From the NCBI GenBank assembly GCA_030390025.1, contig JASTWF010000418.1:62001-126000 (forward strand): 64,000 bases of DNA, given 5' to 3'. The notes under the pieces were generated by a model that was given only the letters and a program-made list of their open reading frames with translations, did no database searches and was not told where the DNA came from. Shown here one piece after another: positions 12,701 through 25,594 of this stretch. Source of the DNA: Squalus acanthias. Its lineage: Eukaryota. How positions within the stretch are numbered: position 1 is the first letter of the stretch; each line of letters begins with the position of its first letter. A program made the translations under genes and the position numbers.

Positions 12701-15700
12701 AGTCCCTCTGACCCTCAGTCCCACTGACCCTCAGTCCCTCTGACCCTCAGTCCCACTGACCCTCAGTCCCACTGACCCTCAGTCCCTCTGACCCTCAGTC
12801 CCACTGACCCTCAGTCCCTCTCACCCTCAGTCCCTCTGAGCCTCAGACCCTCTGACCCTCAGTCCCTCTGACCCTCAGTCCCACTGACACTCAGTCCCTC
12901 TGATCCTAAATCCCTCTGAACTTCAGTCCCTCAGACCCTCAGTCCCTCTGACCCTCAGTCCCACTGACCCTCAGTACCTCAGACCCTCAGTCCCTCCGTC
13001 CACCTGACCCTCACTCCCTCTTTCCCTCAGTCCCGCTGATCCTAAATCCCTCTGAACTTCAGTCCCTCAGACCCTCAGTCCCTCTGACCCTCAGTCCCAC
13101 TGACCCTCAGTCCCTCTGACCCTCAGTCCCTCTGACCCTCAATCCCTCTGACCCTCAGTCCCTCTGACCCTCAGTCCCACTGACCCTCAGTCCCTCTGAC
13201 CCTCAGTCCCTCTGACCCTCAGTCCCTCTGACCCTCAGTCCCACTGACCCTCAGTCCCTCTGACCCTCAGTCCCTCTGAGCCTCAGTCCCTCTGAGCCTC
13301 AGTCCCTCTGACCCTCAGTCCCACTGACCCTCAGTCCCTCTGAGCCTCAGTCCCTCTGACCCTCATTCTCTCTGACCCTCAGACCCTCTGACCCTCAGTC
13401 CCTCAGACACTCAGTCCCTCTGACCCTCAGTCCCTCTGACCCTCATTCTCTCTGACTCTCAGACCCTCTGACCCTCAGTCCCACTGAACCTCATTCCCTC
13501 TGACCCTCAGTCCCACTGACCCTCAGTCCCTCTGACCCTCAGTCCCTCTGACCCTCACTCCCTCTGACCCTCAGACCCTCTGAACCTCAGTCCCTCTGAC
13601 CCTCAGTCCCTCTGACCCTCAGTCCCTCTGACCCTCAGACCCTCTGGCCCTCAGTCCCTCTGACCCTCAGTCCCTTGACCCTCACTCCATTGACCCTCAG
13701 TCCCTCTGACCCTCAGTCCCTCTGACCCTCAGACACTCTGACCCTCAGTCCCTCTGACCCTCAGTCCCTCTGACCCTCAGTCCCACTGACCATCAGTCCC
13801 ACTGACACTCAGTCCCTCTGACCCTCAGTCCCTCTGACCCTCAGTCCCACTGACCCTCAGTCCCTCTGACCCTGAGACCCACTGACCCTCAGACCCTCAG
13901 TCCCTCTGACCCTCAGTCCCTCAGTCCCTCCGACCCTCTGACCCTCAGTCCCACTGACCCTCAGTCCCTCTGACCCTCAGTCCCACTGACACTCAGTCCC
14001 TCTGACCCTCAGTCCCACTGACCCTCAGTTGCACTGACCCTCAGTCCCTCTGACCCTCAGACCCACTGACCCTCAGTCCCACTGACCCTCAATCCCTCTG
14101 ACCCTCAGACCCTCATTCCCTCCGACCCTCTGACCCTCAGTCCCACTGACCCTCAGTCCCTCTGACCCTCACTCACACTGATCCTCACACCCTCTGACCC
14201 TCAGTCCCACTGACCCACAGTCCCTCTGACCCTCAGTCCCTCTGACCCTCACTCACACTGATCCTCAGACCCTCTGACCCTCAGACCCACTGACCCTCAG
14301 TCCCACTGACACTCACTCACACTGATCCTCAGACCCTCTGACCCTCAGTCCCACTGACCCCCAGCCCCTCTGACCCTCAGTCCCTATGACCCACAGTCCC
14401 ACTGACACTCAGACCCTCTGACCCTCAGTCCATCTGACCCTCAGTCCCTCTGACCCTCAGTCCCTCTGACCCTCAGCCCCTCTGACCCTCAGTCCCTCTG
14501 ACCCACAGTCCCACTGACACTCAGTCCCACTGACCCTCAGTCCCACTGACCCTCAGTCCCTCTGACCCTCAGTCCCACTGACTCTCAGTCCCACTGACCC
14601 ACAGACCCTCTGACCCTCAGTCCCTCTGACCCTCAGTCCCTCTGACACTCAGTCCCACTGACCCTCAGTCCCACTGACCCTCAGTCCCTCTGACCCTCAG
14701 TCCCACTGACTCTCAGTCCCACTGACTCTCAGTCCCACTGACCCACAGTCCCTCTGACCCTCAGTCCCTCAGACCCTCAGACCCTCGGACCCTCAGTCCC
14801 ACTGACCCTCAGTCCTTCTGACCCTCAATCCCACTGACCCTCAGTCCCACTGACCCTCAGTCCCTCTGACCCTCAGTCCCACTGACCCTCATTCCCTCTG
14901 ACCCTCAGTCCCACTGACACTCAGTCCCTCTGACCCTCAGTCCCTCTGACCCTCAGTCCCTCTGAACCTCAGTCCCTCTGGCCCTCACTCCCTCTGACCC
15001 TCAGTCCCTCTGACCCTCAGTCCCACTGACCCTCAGTCTCTCTGACCCTCAGTCCCTCTGACCCTCAGTCCCTCTGACCCTCAGTCCCAGTGACCCTCAG
15101 TCCCTCTGACCCTCAGTCCCTCTGACCCTCAGTCCCTCTGACCCTCAGTCCCACTGACCCTCAGTCCCTCTGACCCTGAGACCCACTGACCCTCAGACCC
15201 TCAGTCCCTCTGACCCTCAGTCCCTCAGTCCCTCCGACCCTCTGACCCTCAGTCCCACTGACCCTCAGTCCCTCTGACCCTCAGTCCCACTGACGCTCAG
15301 TCCCTCTGACCCTCAGTCCCACTGACCCTCAGTTGCACTGACCCTCAGTCCCTCTGACCCTCAGACCCACTGACCCTCAGTCCCACTGACCCTCAATCCC
15401 TCTGACCCTCAGACCCTCATTCCCTCCGACCCTCTGACCCTCAGTCCCACTGACCCTCAGTCCCTCTGACCCTCACTCACACTGATCCTCACACCCTCTG
15501 ACCCTCAGTCCCACTGACCCACAGTCCCTCTGACCCTCAGTCCCTCTGACCCTCACTCACACTGATCCTCAGACCCTCTGACCCTCAGACCCACTGACCC
15601 TCAGTCCCACTGACACTCAGTCCCTCCGACCCTCAGACCCTCAGTCCCCTCTGACCCTCAGTCCCTCTGACCCTCACTCACACTGATCCTCAGACCCTCT

Positions 15701-17085
15701 GACCCTCAGTCCCACTGACCCCCAGCCCCTCTGACCCTCAGTCCCTATGACCCACAGTCCCAGTGACACTCAGACCCTCTGACCCTCAGTCCATCTGACC
15801 CTCAGTCCCTCTGACCCTCAGTCCCTCTGACCCTCAGCCCCTCTGACCCTCAGTCCCTCTGACCCACAGTCCCACTGACACTCAGTCCCACTGACCCTCA
15901 GTCCCACTGACCCTCAGTCCCTCTGACCCTCAGTCCCACTGACTCTCAGTCCCACTGACCCACAGACCCTCTGACCCTCAGTCCCTCTGACCCTCAGTCC
16001 CTCTGACACTCAGTCCCACTGACCCTCAGTCCCACTGACCCTCAGTCCCTCTGACCCTCAGTCCCACTGACTCTCAGTCCCACTGACCCACAGACCCTCT
16101 GACCCTCAGTCCCTCTGACCCTCAGTCCCACTGACCCACAGTCCCTCTGACCCTCAGTCCCTCAGACCCTCAGTCCCTCTGACCCTCAGTCCCACTGACC
16201 CTCAGTCCCACTGACCCAAAGACCCTCTGACCCTCAGTCCCTCTGACCCTCAGTCCCACTGACCCTCAGTCCCTCTGACCCTCAGTCCCTCTGACCCTCA
16301 GTCCCTCTGACCCTCAGTCCCACTGACCCTCAGTCCCTCTGACCCTCAGTCCCTCTGACCCTCAGTCCCTCTGACCCTCAGTCCCTCTGACCCTCAGTCC
16401 CTCTGACCCTCAGTCCCTCTGACCCTCAGTCCCTCTGACCCTCAGTCCCTCTGACCCTCAGTCCCACTGACCCTCAGTCTCTCTGACCCTCAGTCCCTCT
16501 GACCCTCAGTCCCTCTGACCCTCAGTCCCAGTGACCCTCAGTCCCTCTGACCCTCAGTCTCTCTGACCCTCAGTCCCTCTGACCCTCAGTCCCTCTGACC
16601 CTCAGTCCCAGTGACCCTCAGTCCCTCTGACCCTCAGTCCCTCTGACCCTCAGTCTCTCTGACCCTCAGTCCCTCTGATCCGCAGTCCCTCTGACCCTCA
16701 GTCCCTCTGACCCTCAGTCCCTCTGACCCTCAGTCCCTCTGACCCTCAGTCCCACTGACCCTCAGTCCCACTGACCCTCAGTCCCTCTGACCCTCAGTCC
16801 CTCTGACACTCAGGCCCTCTGACCCTCAGTCCCACTGATTCTCAGTCCCTCTGACCCTCAGTCCCGCTGACCCTCAGTCCCTCTGACCCTCAGTCCCTCT
16901 GACCCTCAGTCCCTCTGACCCTCAGTCCCTCTGACCCTCAGTCCCTCTGATCCTCAGTCCCTCTGACCCTCAGTCCCTCTGACCCTCAGTCCCTCTGACC
17001 CTCAGTCCCTCTGACCCTCAGTCCCTCTGACCCTGAGTCTCACTGACCCTCAGTCCCTCTGACCCTCAGTCCCTCTGACCCTCAG
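9744..17085. repeat. About 7.3-kb 16-bp satellite (ccctcagtccctctga)n
   Basis: Read directly; 8-bp half-units and larger internal block duplications. Confidence 0.97.
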
Positions 17086-17520
17086 AGTGCAGTGCTCCCT
17101 CAGTACTGCCCCTCCAACTGTGCAGCGTTTCCTCAGTACTGCCCCTCCGACAGTGCGGCGCTCCTTCAGTACTGCCCCTCCAACAGTGCAGCACTCCCTC
17201 AGTACTGACCCTCTGAAAATGCAGCGCTCCCTCAGTACAGCCCCTCCGACAGTGCTGTGCTCCCTCAGTACTGCCCCTCCGACAGTGCTGTGCTCCCTCA
17301 GTACTGCCCCTCCGACAGTGCGGTGCTCCCTCAGTACTGCCCCTCCGGCAGTGCGGCGCTCCCTCAGTACTGCCACTGAGACAGTTCCGCGCTCCCTCAG
17401 TACTGACCCTCCGACAGTGCGGCGCTCCCTCAGTACTGCCCCTCCGGCAGTGCGGCGCTCCCTCAGTACTGCCCCTCCGACAGTGCGGCGCTCCCTCAGT
17501 ACTGACCCTCATTCCCTCTG
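17086..17520. repeat. 33-bp tandem repeat (ctccctcagtactgcccctccgacagtgcggcg), probably SINE-derived
   Basis: 11-aa periodic ORFs; unit read directly. Confidence 0.85.
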
Positions 17521-17549
17521 ACCCTCTCCTCCCCTCAGTCCCGCCAACC

Positions 17550-20500
17550 GTTTCCACAGCCCTCTGGGGTAGATCATTCGAAAGATTCACAACCCTCTGA
17601 GTGAAGAAATTCCTCCTCATATCAGTCCTAATTGGCTGACCCATTATCCTGAGACTATGCCCCCTAGTTCTAGACACTCCAGCCAGGGGGAAACAACCTC
17701 TCAGCATCTACCCTGTCAATCCCCTTCAGAATCTTGTATGTTTCAATGAGATCACCTCTCATTCTTCTAAACTCCAGAGAGTATCGGCCCATTCTACACA
17801 ATCTCTCATCATAGGACACCCCTCTCATCCCAGGAATCAATCTAGTGAACCTTCGTTGCACCGCCTCCAAGGCAAGTATATCCTTCCACAGATAAGGAGA
17901 CCAAAACTGTGCCCAGTACTCCAGGTGTGGTCTCACCAAGGCCCTGTACAATTGTAGTAAGACTTCCTTACTCTTATACTCCAACCCCCTTGCAATAAAG
18001 GCCAACATGCCATTTGCCTTCCTAATTGCTTGCTGTACCTGTATGCTAGCTTTCTGTGTTTCTTGTATGAGTGAATACACCTGAATCTCTCTGAACACCA
18101 ACATTTAATAGTTTCTCACCATTTAAAAAAATACAGTTTTTCTATTCATCCGACCAAATTGAATAACCTCACCTGTCCCCTCTGGTTCTTTTGTCAAATA
18201 CCTTAAACCTGTGCTCTCTGGTGTCCGACCCTCCTGCCACTGGAAACAGTTTCTCCTTATTTCCTCCATCAAAACCCTTGTTGATTTTGAACACCTCTAT
18301 CAAATCTCCCCTTAACCTTCTCTGCTCTGAGGAGAACAACCCCAGCTTCTCCAGTCTCTCCACATATCTGAAATCATTCTTCCCTGGTACGCTCCCAGTA
18401 AATTTCCACTGCACCCTCTCTGGAATTTTTTGAGGCTGTAACTGGTAGAATAGATAAGGGAGAACCAGTAGATGTGGTGTATTTGGACTTTCAGAAGGCT
18501 TTCGATAAGGTCCCGCATAAGAGATTAGCGTGTAAAGCTAAGGCACATGGGATTGGGGGTAAGGTACTGACTTGGATAGAGAACTGGTTGGCAGACAGAA
18601 AGCAAAGAGTTGGAATAAACGGGTCTTTTTCCGAGTGGCAGGCAGTGACTAGTGGGGTACCGCAGGGATCGGTGCTAGGACCCCAGCTATTCACAATATA
18701 TATTAATGATCTAGACGAGGGAACTAGATATAATATCTCTAAGTTTGCAGACGACACAATGGGTGAAACTAGAACTAGGGGGCATAGTCTTAGAATAAGG
18801 GGCTGCTCTTTCAAAACTGAGATGAGAAGGAACTACTTCACTCAGAGGGTGGTAGGTCCATGGAATATGCTGCCCCAAAAAGCTGTAGAAGCTACATCAT
18901 TACATAAATTTAAAACAGAAACAGACAGTTTCCTAGAAGTAAAGGGAATTAAGGGTTACGGGATGCAGGCAGGAATTTGGACATGAGTCTAGGTTCGGAT
19001 CGGTCATGGCCCTGTGGGTAGCTTAGCGGGCCCAGGGGCCGTGTAGCCTGATCCTGCTCCTATTTCGTGTGTCCAATTCTGTTAGGTTCAGGAGATGGTT
19101 CTGTGATAGTAGATTGGCGGTTAGGATCAGATCAGCCATGATCTTATTGAATGGCGGAGCAGGCTCGAGGGGCCAATTTGCCTACTCCTGCTCCTTTTTC
19201 TTATGTTCTTATGTTCTTATTAAAGCTGGGTGGGCGTGTGTGCTGTGAGGAGGATGCAGAGAAACTCCAGTATGATTTGGACAGGTTGGGTAATTGGACA
19301 GGTGCATGGCAGATGCAGTATAATGTGGATAAATGCGAGGTTATCCACTTTGGTGGCAAAAACAGGAAGACAGATTATTATCTGAATGGCAATAGATTGG
19401 GAAAAGGGGAAGTGCAACGAGACCTGGGAGTCCTTGTGCACCAGTCACTGAAGGTAAGCATGCAGGTGCAGCAGGCGGTTAAGAAGGCAAATGGTATGTT
19501 GGCCTTCATAGTGAGAGGATTCGAGTACAGGAGCAAGGATGTCTTGCTGCAGTTGTACAAGGCCTTGGTGAGACAACACCTTGAGTATTGTGTGCAGTTT
19601 TGGTCGCCTTATCTGAGGAAGGATGTTCTTGCCATGGAGGGAGTTCAGCAAAGATTCACCAGACTGATACCTGGGATGGCAGGAATGACGTATGAAGAGA
19701 GATTGGGTCGATTAGGCTTATATTCGCTAGAGTTTCGAAGAATGAGAGGGGATCTCATTGAAACTTAGAAAATTCTAACAGGACTAGACAGACCAGATGC
19801 AGGAAGGATGTTCCCGATGGTGGGGGAGTCCAGAACCAGAGGCCACAGTCTAAGGACAAGGGGTAAGCCATTTAGAACTGAGATGAGGAGGAATTTCTTC
19901 ACCCAGCGAGTGGTGAACCTGTGGAATTCTCTACCACAGAAGGCAGTTGAGGCCAATTCATTAAATATATTCAAGAAGGAGTTAGATATATTTCTTAAGG
20001 CTAAAGGGATCAAGGGATATGGGGAGAAGGCAGGGACAGGGTACTGAGTTTGGATGATCAGCCATGATCTCATCGAATGGCGGAGCAGGCTCGAGGGGCC
20101 GAATGGCCTACTCCTGCTCCTATCTTCTATGTTTCTATGTTTCTGCCCAGAATTGGACTCAGTGCTCCAGTTGGGGCCTAACCAGTGATTTGTAAAGGTT
20201 TAGCATAACTTCCTTGGTTTTGTACTCTCCGCATCTATTAATAGACCCAAGGATCCTGTATACATTTTTAACAACCTTCTCAAATAGTCCTCCCATCTTC
20301 AAAGACTTGTGTACGTACACGCCCAAGGTCTCTCTCTTCCTGCACACTCTTTGAAATTGTATCATTTAGTTTATATTGCCTCTCAATTCTTCCGACCAAA
20401 ATGTATCACTTCGCACTTCTCTGCGTTAAACTTCATCTGCCATGTGTCTGCCCATTCCACCAGCCTGTCTCTGGCCCCCTGAAGTCTGCTACTATCCTCC

Positions 20501-22860
20501 TCACTGTTGACGACATTTCCGAGTTTTGTATCATCTACAAACTTGGAAATGATGCCCTGTAGACCCAAGTCTAGGTCATTAATATATATCAAAAAGAGCA
20601 GTGGTCCTAATACTGACCCCATGGGGGACACCACTGTATACTTCCCTCCAGTCTCAAAAACAACCGTTCACCACAACTCTCTGCTTTCTGTCTCTTAGCC
20701 AATGTTGTTATCCACGTAGACACTGTCCCTTTAATCAGAGAGTTAGAACATAAGATAAGAACGTAAGAAATAGGAGCTGGAGTCGGCCATTTGGCCCCTC
20801 GAGCCTGCTCCGCCATTCAATAAGATCATGGCTGATCTTCTACCTCAACTCCATCTTCCCGAACTAGCCCCATATCAATATTCAAAAATCTATCGATCTC
20901 TGTCTTGAATATACTCAATGACTGAGCCTCCACAGCCCTCTGGGGGAGAGAATTCCAAAGATTCACCACCCTCTGAGTGAAGAAATTTCTCCTCATCTCA
21001 GTCCTCAATGGCCGACCCCTTATTCTGAGACTGTGACCCCTGGTTCTAGACTCCCCAGCCAGGGGAAACATCCTCCCTGCATCTACCCTGTCAAGCCCTG
21101 TAAGAATGTTATATGTTTCAATGAGATCACCTCTCATTCTTCTAAACTCCAGAGAATATAAACCCAGTCTACTCAATCTCTCCTCATAGGACATTCCCCC
21201 CATCCCAGGAATCAGTCTGGTGAACCTTCGTTGCACTCCCTCTAAGGCAAGTATATCATTCCTTAGGTAAGGAGACCAAAACTGTACACAATACTCCAGG
21301 TGTGGTCTCACCAATGCCCTGTATAATTGTGGTAAGACTTCTTTACTCTTGTACTCTAATCCTTTTGTCACAAAAGCTAACATACCATTTGCTTTCCCAA
21401 TTGCTTGCTGTACCTGCATGTTAACTTTCTGTGATTCATGTACAAGGACACCCAGGTCCCTCTGAGTGCAAACATTTCCCAGTCCCTCACCATTCAAAAA
21501 ATATTCTGCTTTGTTGTTTTCCCTACCAACGTGGATAACTTCCCACTTCCCCACATTGTATTCCATTTGCCATGTTCTTGCCCACTCAGTCAACCTGTCT
21601 AATAGGCCCAGAAATTCCGATCGCAGGCCTCCCGCGGGCGGAGGGCTGCCATCTGGAAAAATCTCTCGCCTGGACCGGAGGGCTCCCGGGAGGCGCAGAG
21701 TTCGGCTGCTGGGCCTCTCCAAACTGTCGGTGCGCGGGGCCCACGTATCCCAGAGGCGCAGGCGGTTCACAGCGTCCCTGGGATCACGTGGGCCATGGGG
21801 AGCCAATCAGAGAAGGGAATCTCCCTTCATACATTTGACAGGAAGACCTGTCAAATATATGAATAGCGATCACCCCCAAAACATAGTAATGTTGAGGCTG
21901 CCGCGAAACACGAATTAAGGCTGAATCCATGTGTGTTAAACAAGAGAATTTTTAATCACTGCATGGCACAAAATGGCTGCACAGAAAAGCTCCCAGAATT
22001 CTCTGGGCAAACACTGAGGCCCCGCCCACTCCTGCCTTAAAGGTAAGGTGCCTTAAAGGGAAGGTGCTGGATATTTGTCCACGGACGGAAGAGTGGACAA
22101 TGCCCGTTTAGGTGGCGATCCGCCGCAGTAAAACTTCAATAAATTTTTTAAAAATCACATTTTTAAAATGAATTTAAATTACAATAAATTAAGTATTTTA
22201 AACAAAAATTTTATTTTTTGAAAAAAATTATTAAAGTTTTTAACGGGGCTAAAAATAAACTTACCTTTCTTTAAAGTATTTTTAAATGATAAATCAGTGG
22301 AAATTTTTTTTTTTTACTTTTTTCAACTCTTAGGCGCAAGAATTGTAAGTGTTTTCTGCGGGCGGAAGGTCTCCAAAAAACGGAACTCTCCCCCCGCAGA
22401 GGCCCTGCTCCCGGGCAGGCGGAGGATCTGTCAAGAGCTTTCTTGATCGATGGGAAATGCCGGTTTCCAGTGCATGCGCAGTGCATGACTAAAACCGGCA
22501 TTTCCGTTGGCCCTACGGGTGAGTACACAGCGCGTACACACCCGTAGGGAACGGAATTTCTGCCCCAATATCTCTCTGCAGCCTCTTTGCATCCTCCTCA
22601 CAGCTTACTTTCCCACCTAACTTTGTATCATCAGCTAACGTGGATACGTTACATTCAGTCCCTTCATCTAAGTCATGAATATAGATTGTAAATAGCTGAG
22701 GCCCCAGCACTGATCCTTGCGGGACCTCACTCGTTACAGCCTGCCAACCTGAAAAAGTCCCGTTTATTCCTACTCTCTGTTTTCTGTCCGTTAACCAATC
22801 CTCTATCCATGGTAATATAATACCCCCAATCCCATGAGCCCTAATTTTGTGCATAATAGA
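17550..22860. mobile_element. Cluster of nested, truncated CR1 LINE fragments on both strands
   Basis: RT motifs [31 protein letters not shown]; CR1 tails (tatgtttc)n; frameshifts and stops. Confidence 0.92.
21604..22566. mobile_element. Non-autonomous TIR element (PIF/Harbinger-like MITE) inserted in a CR1
   Basis: Ends aggcccagaaattccg / cggaatttctgcccc, AAT duplicated on both sides, CR1 resumes after it. Confidence 0.7.
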
Positions 22861-23049
22861 TAGGCGGGAGGAGGTTTTGGTGAGGAGGATTGGGTATAAA
22901 TAAAAGATCACAGGAACATGGGCAGTAGGAAGCAGTTTAATGGGTTATCAGTTGCAGGAATAGCGCACAGATTGTTAATGTCGGGAACTGGTCATAGGAG
23001 GGAGTTTAATGGGATAATATCTGGGATTGGCACTGGGTTAGGGGTGGGA

Positions 23050-23815
23050 TTGGGTGGGTGAGATGGTGGGTGGGTGAGATGGTGGGTGGGTGAGATGGTG
23101 GGTGGGTGAGATGGTGGTTGAGTTCGATGCCGGGTGGGTGAGATGGTGGGTGAGTTCGATGCCGGGTGGGTGAGTTCGATGCCGGGTGGGTGAGTTCGAT
23201 GCCGGGTGGGTGAGTTCGATGCCGGGTGGGTGAGTTCGATGCCGGGTGGGTGAGTTCGATGCCGGGTGGGTGAGTTCGATGCCGGGTGGGTGAGTTCGAT
23301 GCCGGGTGGGTGAGTTCGATGCCGGGTGGGTGAGTTCGATGCCGGGTGGGTGAGTTCGATGCCGGGTGGGTCAGTTCGATGCCGGGTGGGTGAGTTCGAT
23401 GCCGGGTGGGTGAGTTCGATGCCGGGTGGGTGAGTTCGATGCCGGGTGGGTGAGTTCGATGCCGGGTGGGTGAGTTGGATGCCGGGTGGGTGAGTTCGAT
23501 GCCGGGTGGGTCAGTTCGATGCCGGGTGGGTGAGTTCGATGCCGGGTGGGTCAGTTCGATGCCGGGTGGGTCAGTTCGATGCCGGGTGGGTGAGTTCGAT
23601 GCCGGGTGGGTGAGTTCGATGCCGGGTGGGTGAGTTCGATGCCGGGTGGGTCAGTTCGATGCCGGGTGGGTGAGTTCGATGCCGGGTGGGTGAGTTCGAT
23701 GCCGGGTGGGTGAGTTCGATGCCGGGTGGGTGAGTTCGATGCCGGGTGGGTGAGTTCGATGCCGGGTGAGTGAGTTCGATGCCGGGTGGGTGAGTTCGAT
23801 GCCGGGTGGGTGAGT
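23050..23815. repeat. 20-bp minisatellite (gccgggtgggtgagttcgat)n
   Basis: Read directly; highly homogeneous. Confidence 0.97.
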
Positions 23816-24099
23816 TACATTACAAGGATAGGTTTAATGATCGAACAGTCTATTGTTCAAGCAGCTTCCTACTCCATTGATCTCACAGACAGTAATAAGC
23901 AGTGGAGAGTGCTGGATCTGTCGAGAATGTTCAGCCGATGTGTATCTGGGATTTGCTGAAATCTCGTCCTTAATACGTCACGTGACCTGTTCGCTGAAAT
24001 TAAAAGAAATGAGTTTAAAAATGAGCCGGAGACCTGAACAGGTAAAAGTGTCGCTAAAACCACCAGCGATCTTCCTACTGATTGCAATTCAAGCAGTGT

Positions 24100-25590
24100 G
24101 TAGACACACCGTGCGCTACACCAGGCATGTACAGGTGTGTGTTACACACCAACCTCACACCAGGCATGTACAGGTGTGTGTTACACACCGTGCGCACACC
24201 AGGCATGTACAGGTGTGTGTTACACACCGTGCGCACACCAGGCATGTACAGGTGTGTGTTACACACCAACCTCACACCAGGCACGTAGAGGTGTGTGTTA
24301 CACACCAACCTCACACCAGGCATGTACAGGTGTGTGTTACACACCAACCTCACACCAGGCATGTAGAGGTGTGTGTTACACACCAACCTCACACCAGGCA
24401 TGTACAGGTGTGTGTTACACACCAACCTCACACCAGGCATGTACAGGTGTGTGTTACACAAAAACCTCACACCAGGCATGTACAGGTGTATGTTACACAC
24501 CGTGCTCACACCAGGCATGAACAGGTGTGTGTTACACACCAACCTCACACCAGGCATGTACAGGTGTGTGTTACACATCAACTTCACACCAGGCATGTAC
24601 AGGTGTGTGTTACACACCGTTGTCACAGCAGGCATGTACAGGTGTGTGTTACACACCAACCTCACACCAGGCATGTACAGGTGTGTGTTACACACCAACC
24701 TCACACCAGGCATGTACAGGCGTGTGTTACACACCGTGCTCACACCAGGAATGTACAGGTGTGTGTTACACACCGTGCTCACACCAGGCATGTACAGGTG
24801 TGTGTTACACACCGTGCTCACACCAGGCATGTACAGGTGTGTGTTACACGCCAACCTCACACCTGGCATGTACAGGTGTGTGTTACACACCGTGCTCACA
24901 CCAGGCATGTACAGGTGTGTGTTACACACCAACCTCACACCAGGCATGTACAGGTGTGTGTTACACACCAACCTCACACCAGGCATGTACAGGTGTGTGT
25001 TACACACCAACCTCACACCAGGCATGTACAGGTGTGTGTTACACACCGTTCTCACAGCAGGCATGTACAGGTGTGTGTTACACACCAACCTCACACCAGG
25101 CATGTACAGGTGTGTGTTACACACCAACCTCACACCAGGCATGTACAGGCGTGTGTTACACACCGTGCTCACACCAGGAATGTACAGGTGTGTGTTACAC
25201 ACCAACCTCACACCAGGCATGTACAGGTGTGTGTTACACACCGTGCTCACACCAGGCATGTACAGGTGTGTTTTACACACCAACCTCACACCAGGCATGT
25301 ACAGGTGTGTGTTACACACCGTGCTCACACCAGGCATGTACAGGTGTGTGTTACACACCGTGCTCACACCAGGCATGTACAGGTGTGTGTTACACGCCAA
25401 CCTCACACCTGGCATGTACAGGTGTGTGTTACACACCGTGCTCACACCAGGCATGTACAGGTGTGTGTTACACACCAACCTCACACCAGGCACGTACAGG
25501 TGTGTGTTACACACCGTGCGCACACCAGGCATGTACAGGTGTGTGTTACACACCGAGCTCGCAACACAACGAGCTCACACCAGGCATGTG
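24100..25590. repeat. 39-bp minisatellite with two interspersed unit variants
   Basis: cacaccaggcatgtacaggtgtgtgttacacacc followed by aacct or gtgct. Confidence 0.97.
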
Positions 25591-25594
25591 TGCT

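Noticed and set aside
23977-23986. Palindromic GTCACGTGAC (USF/TFE-type) in a short unique segment
   Set aside because: Single motif with no associated promoter or exon evidence.
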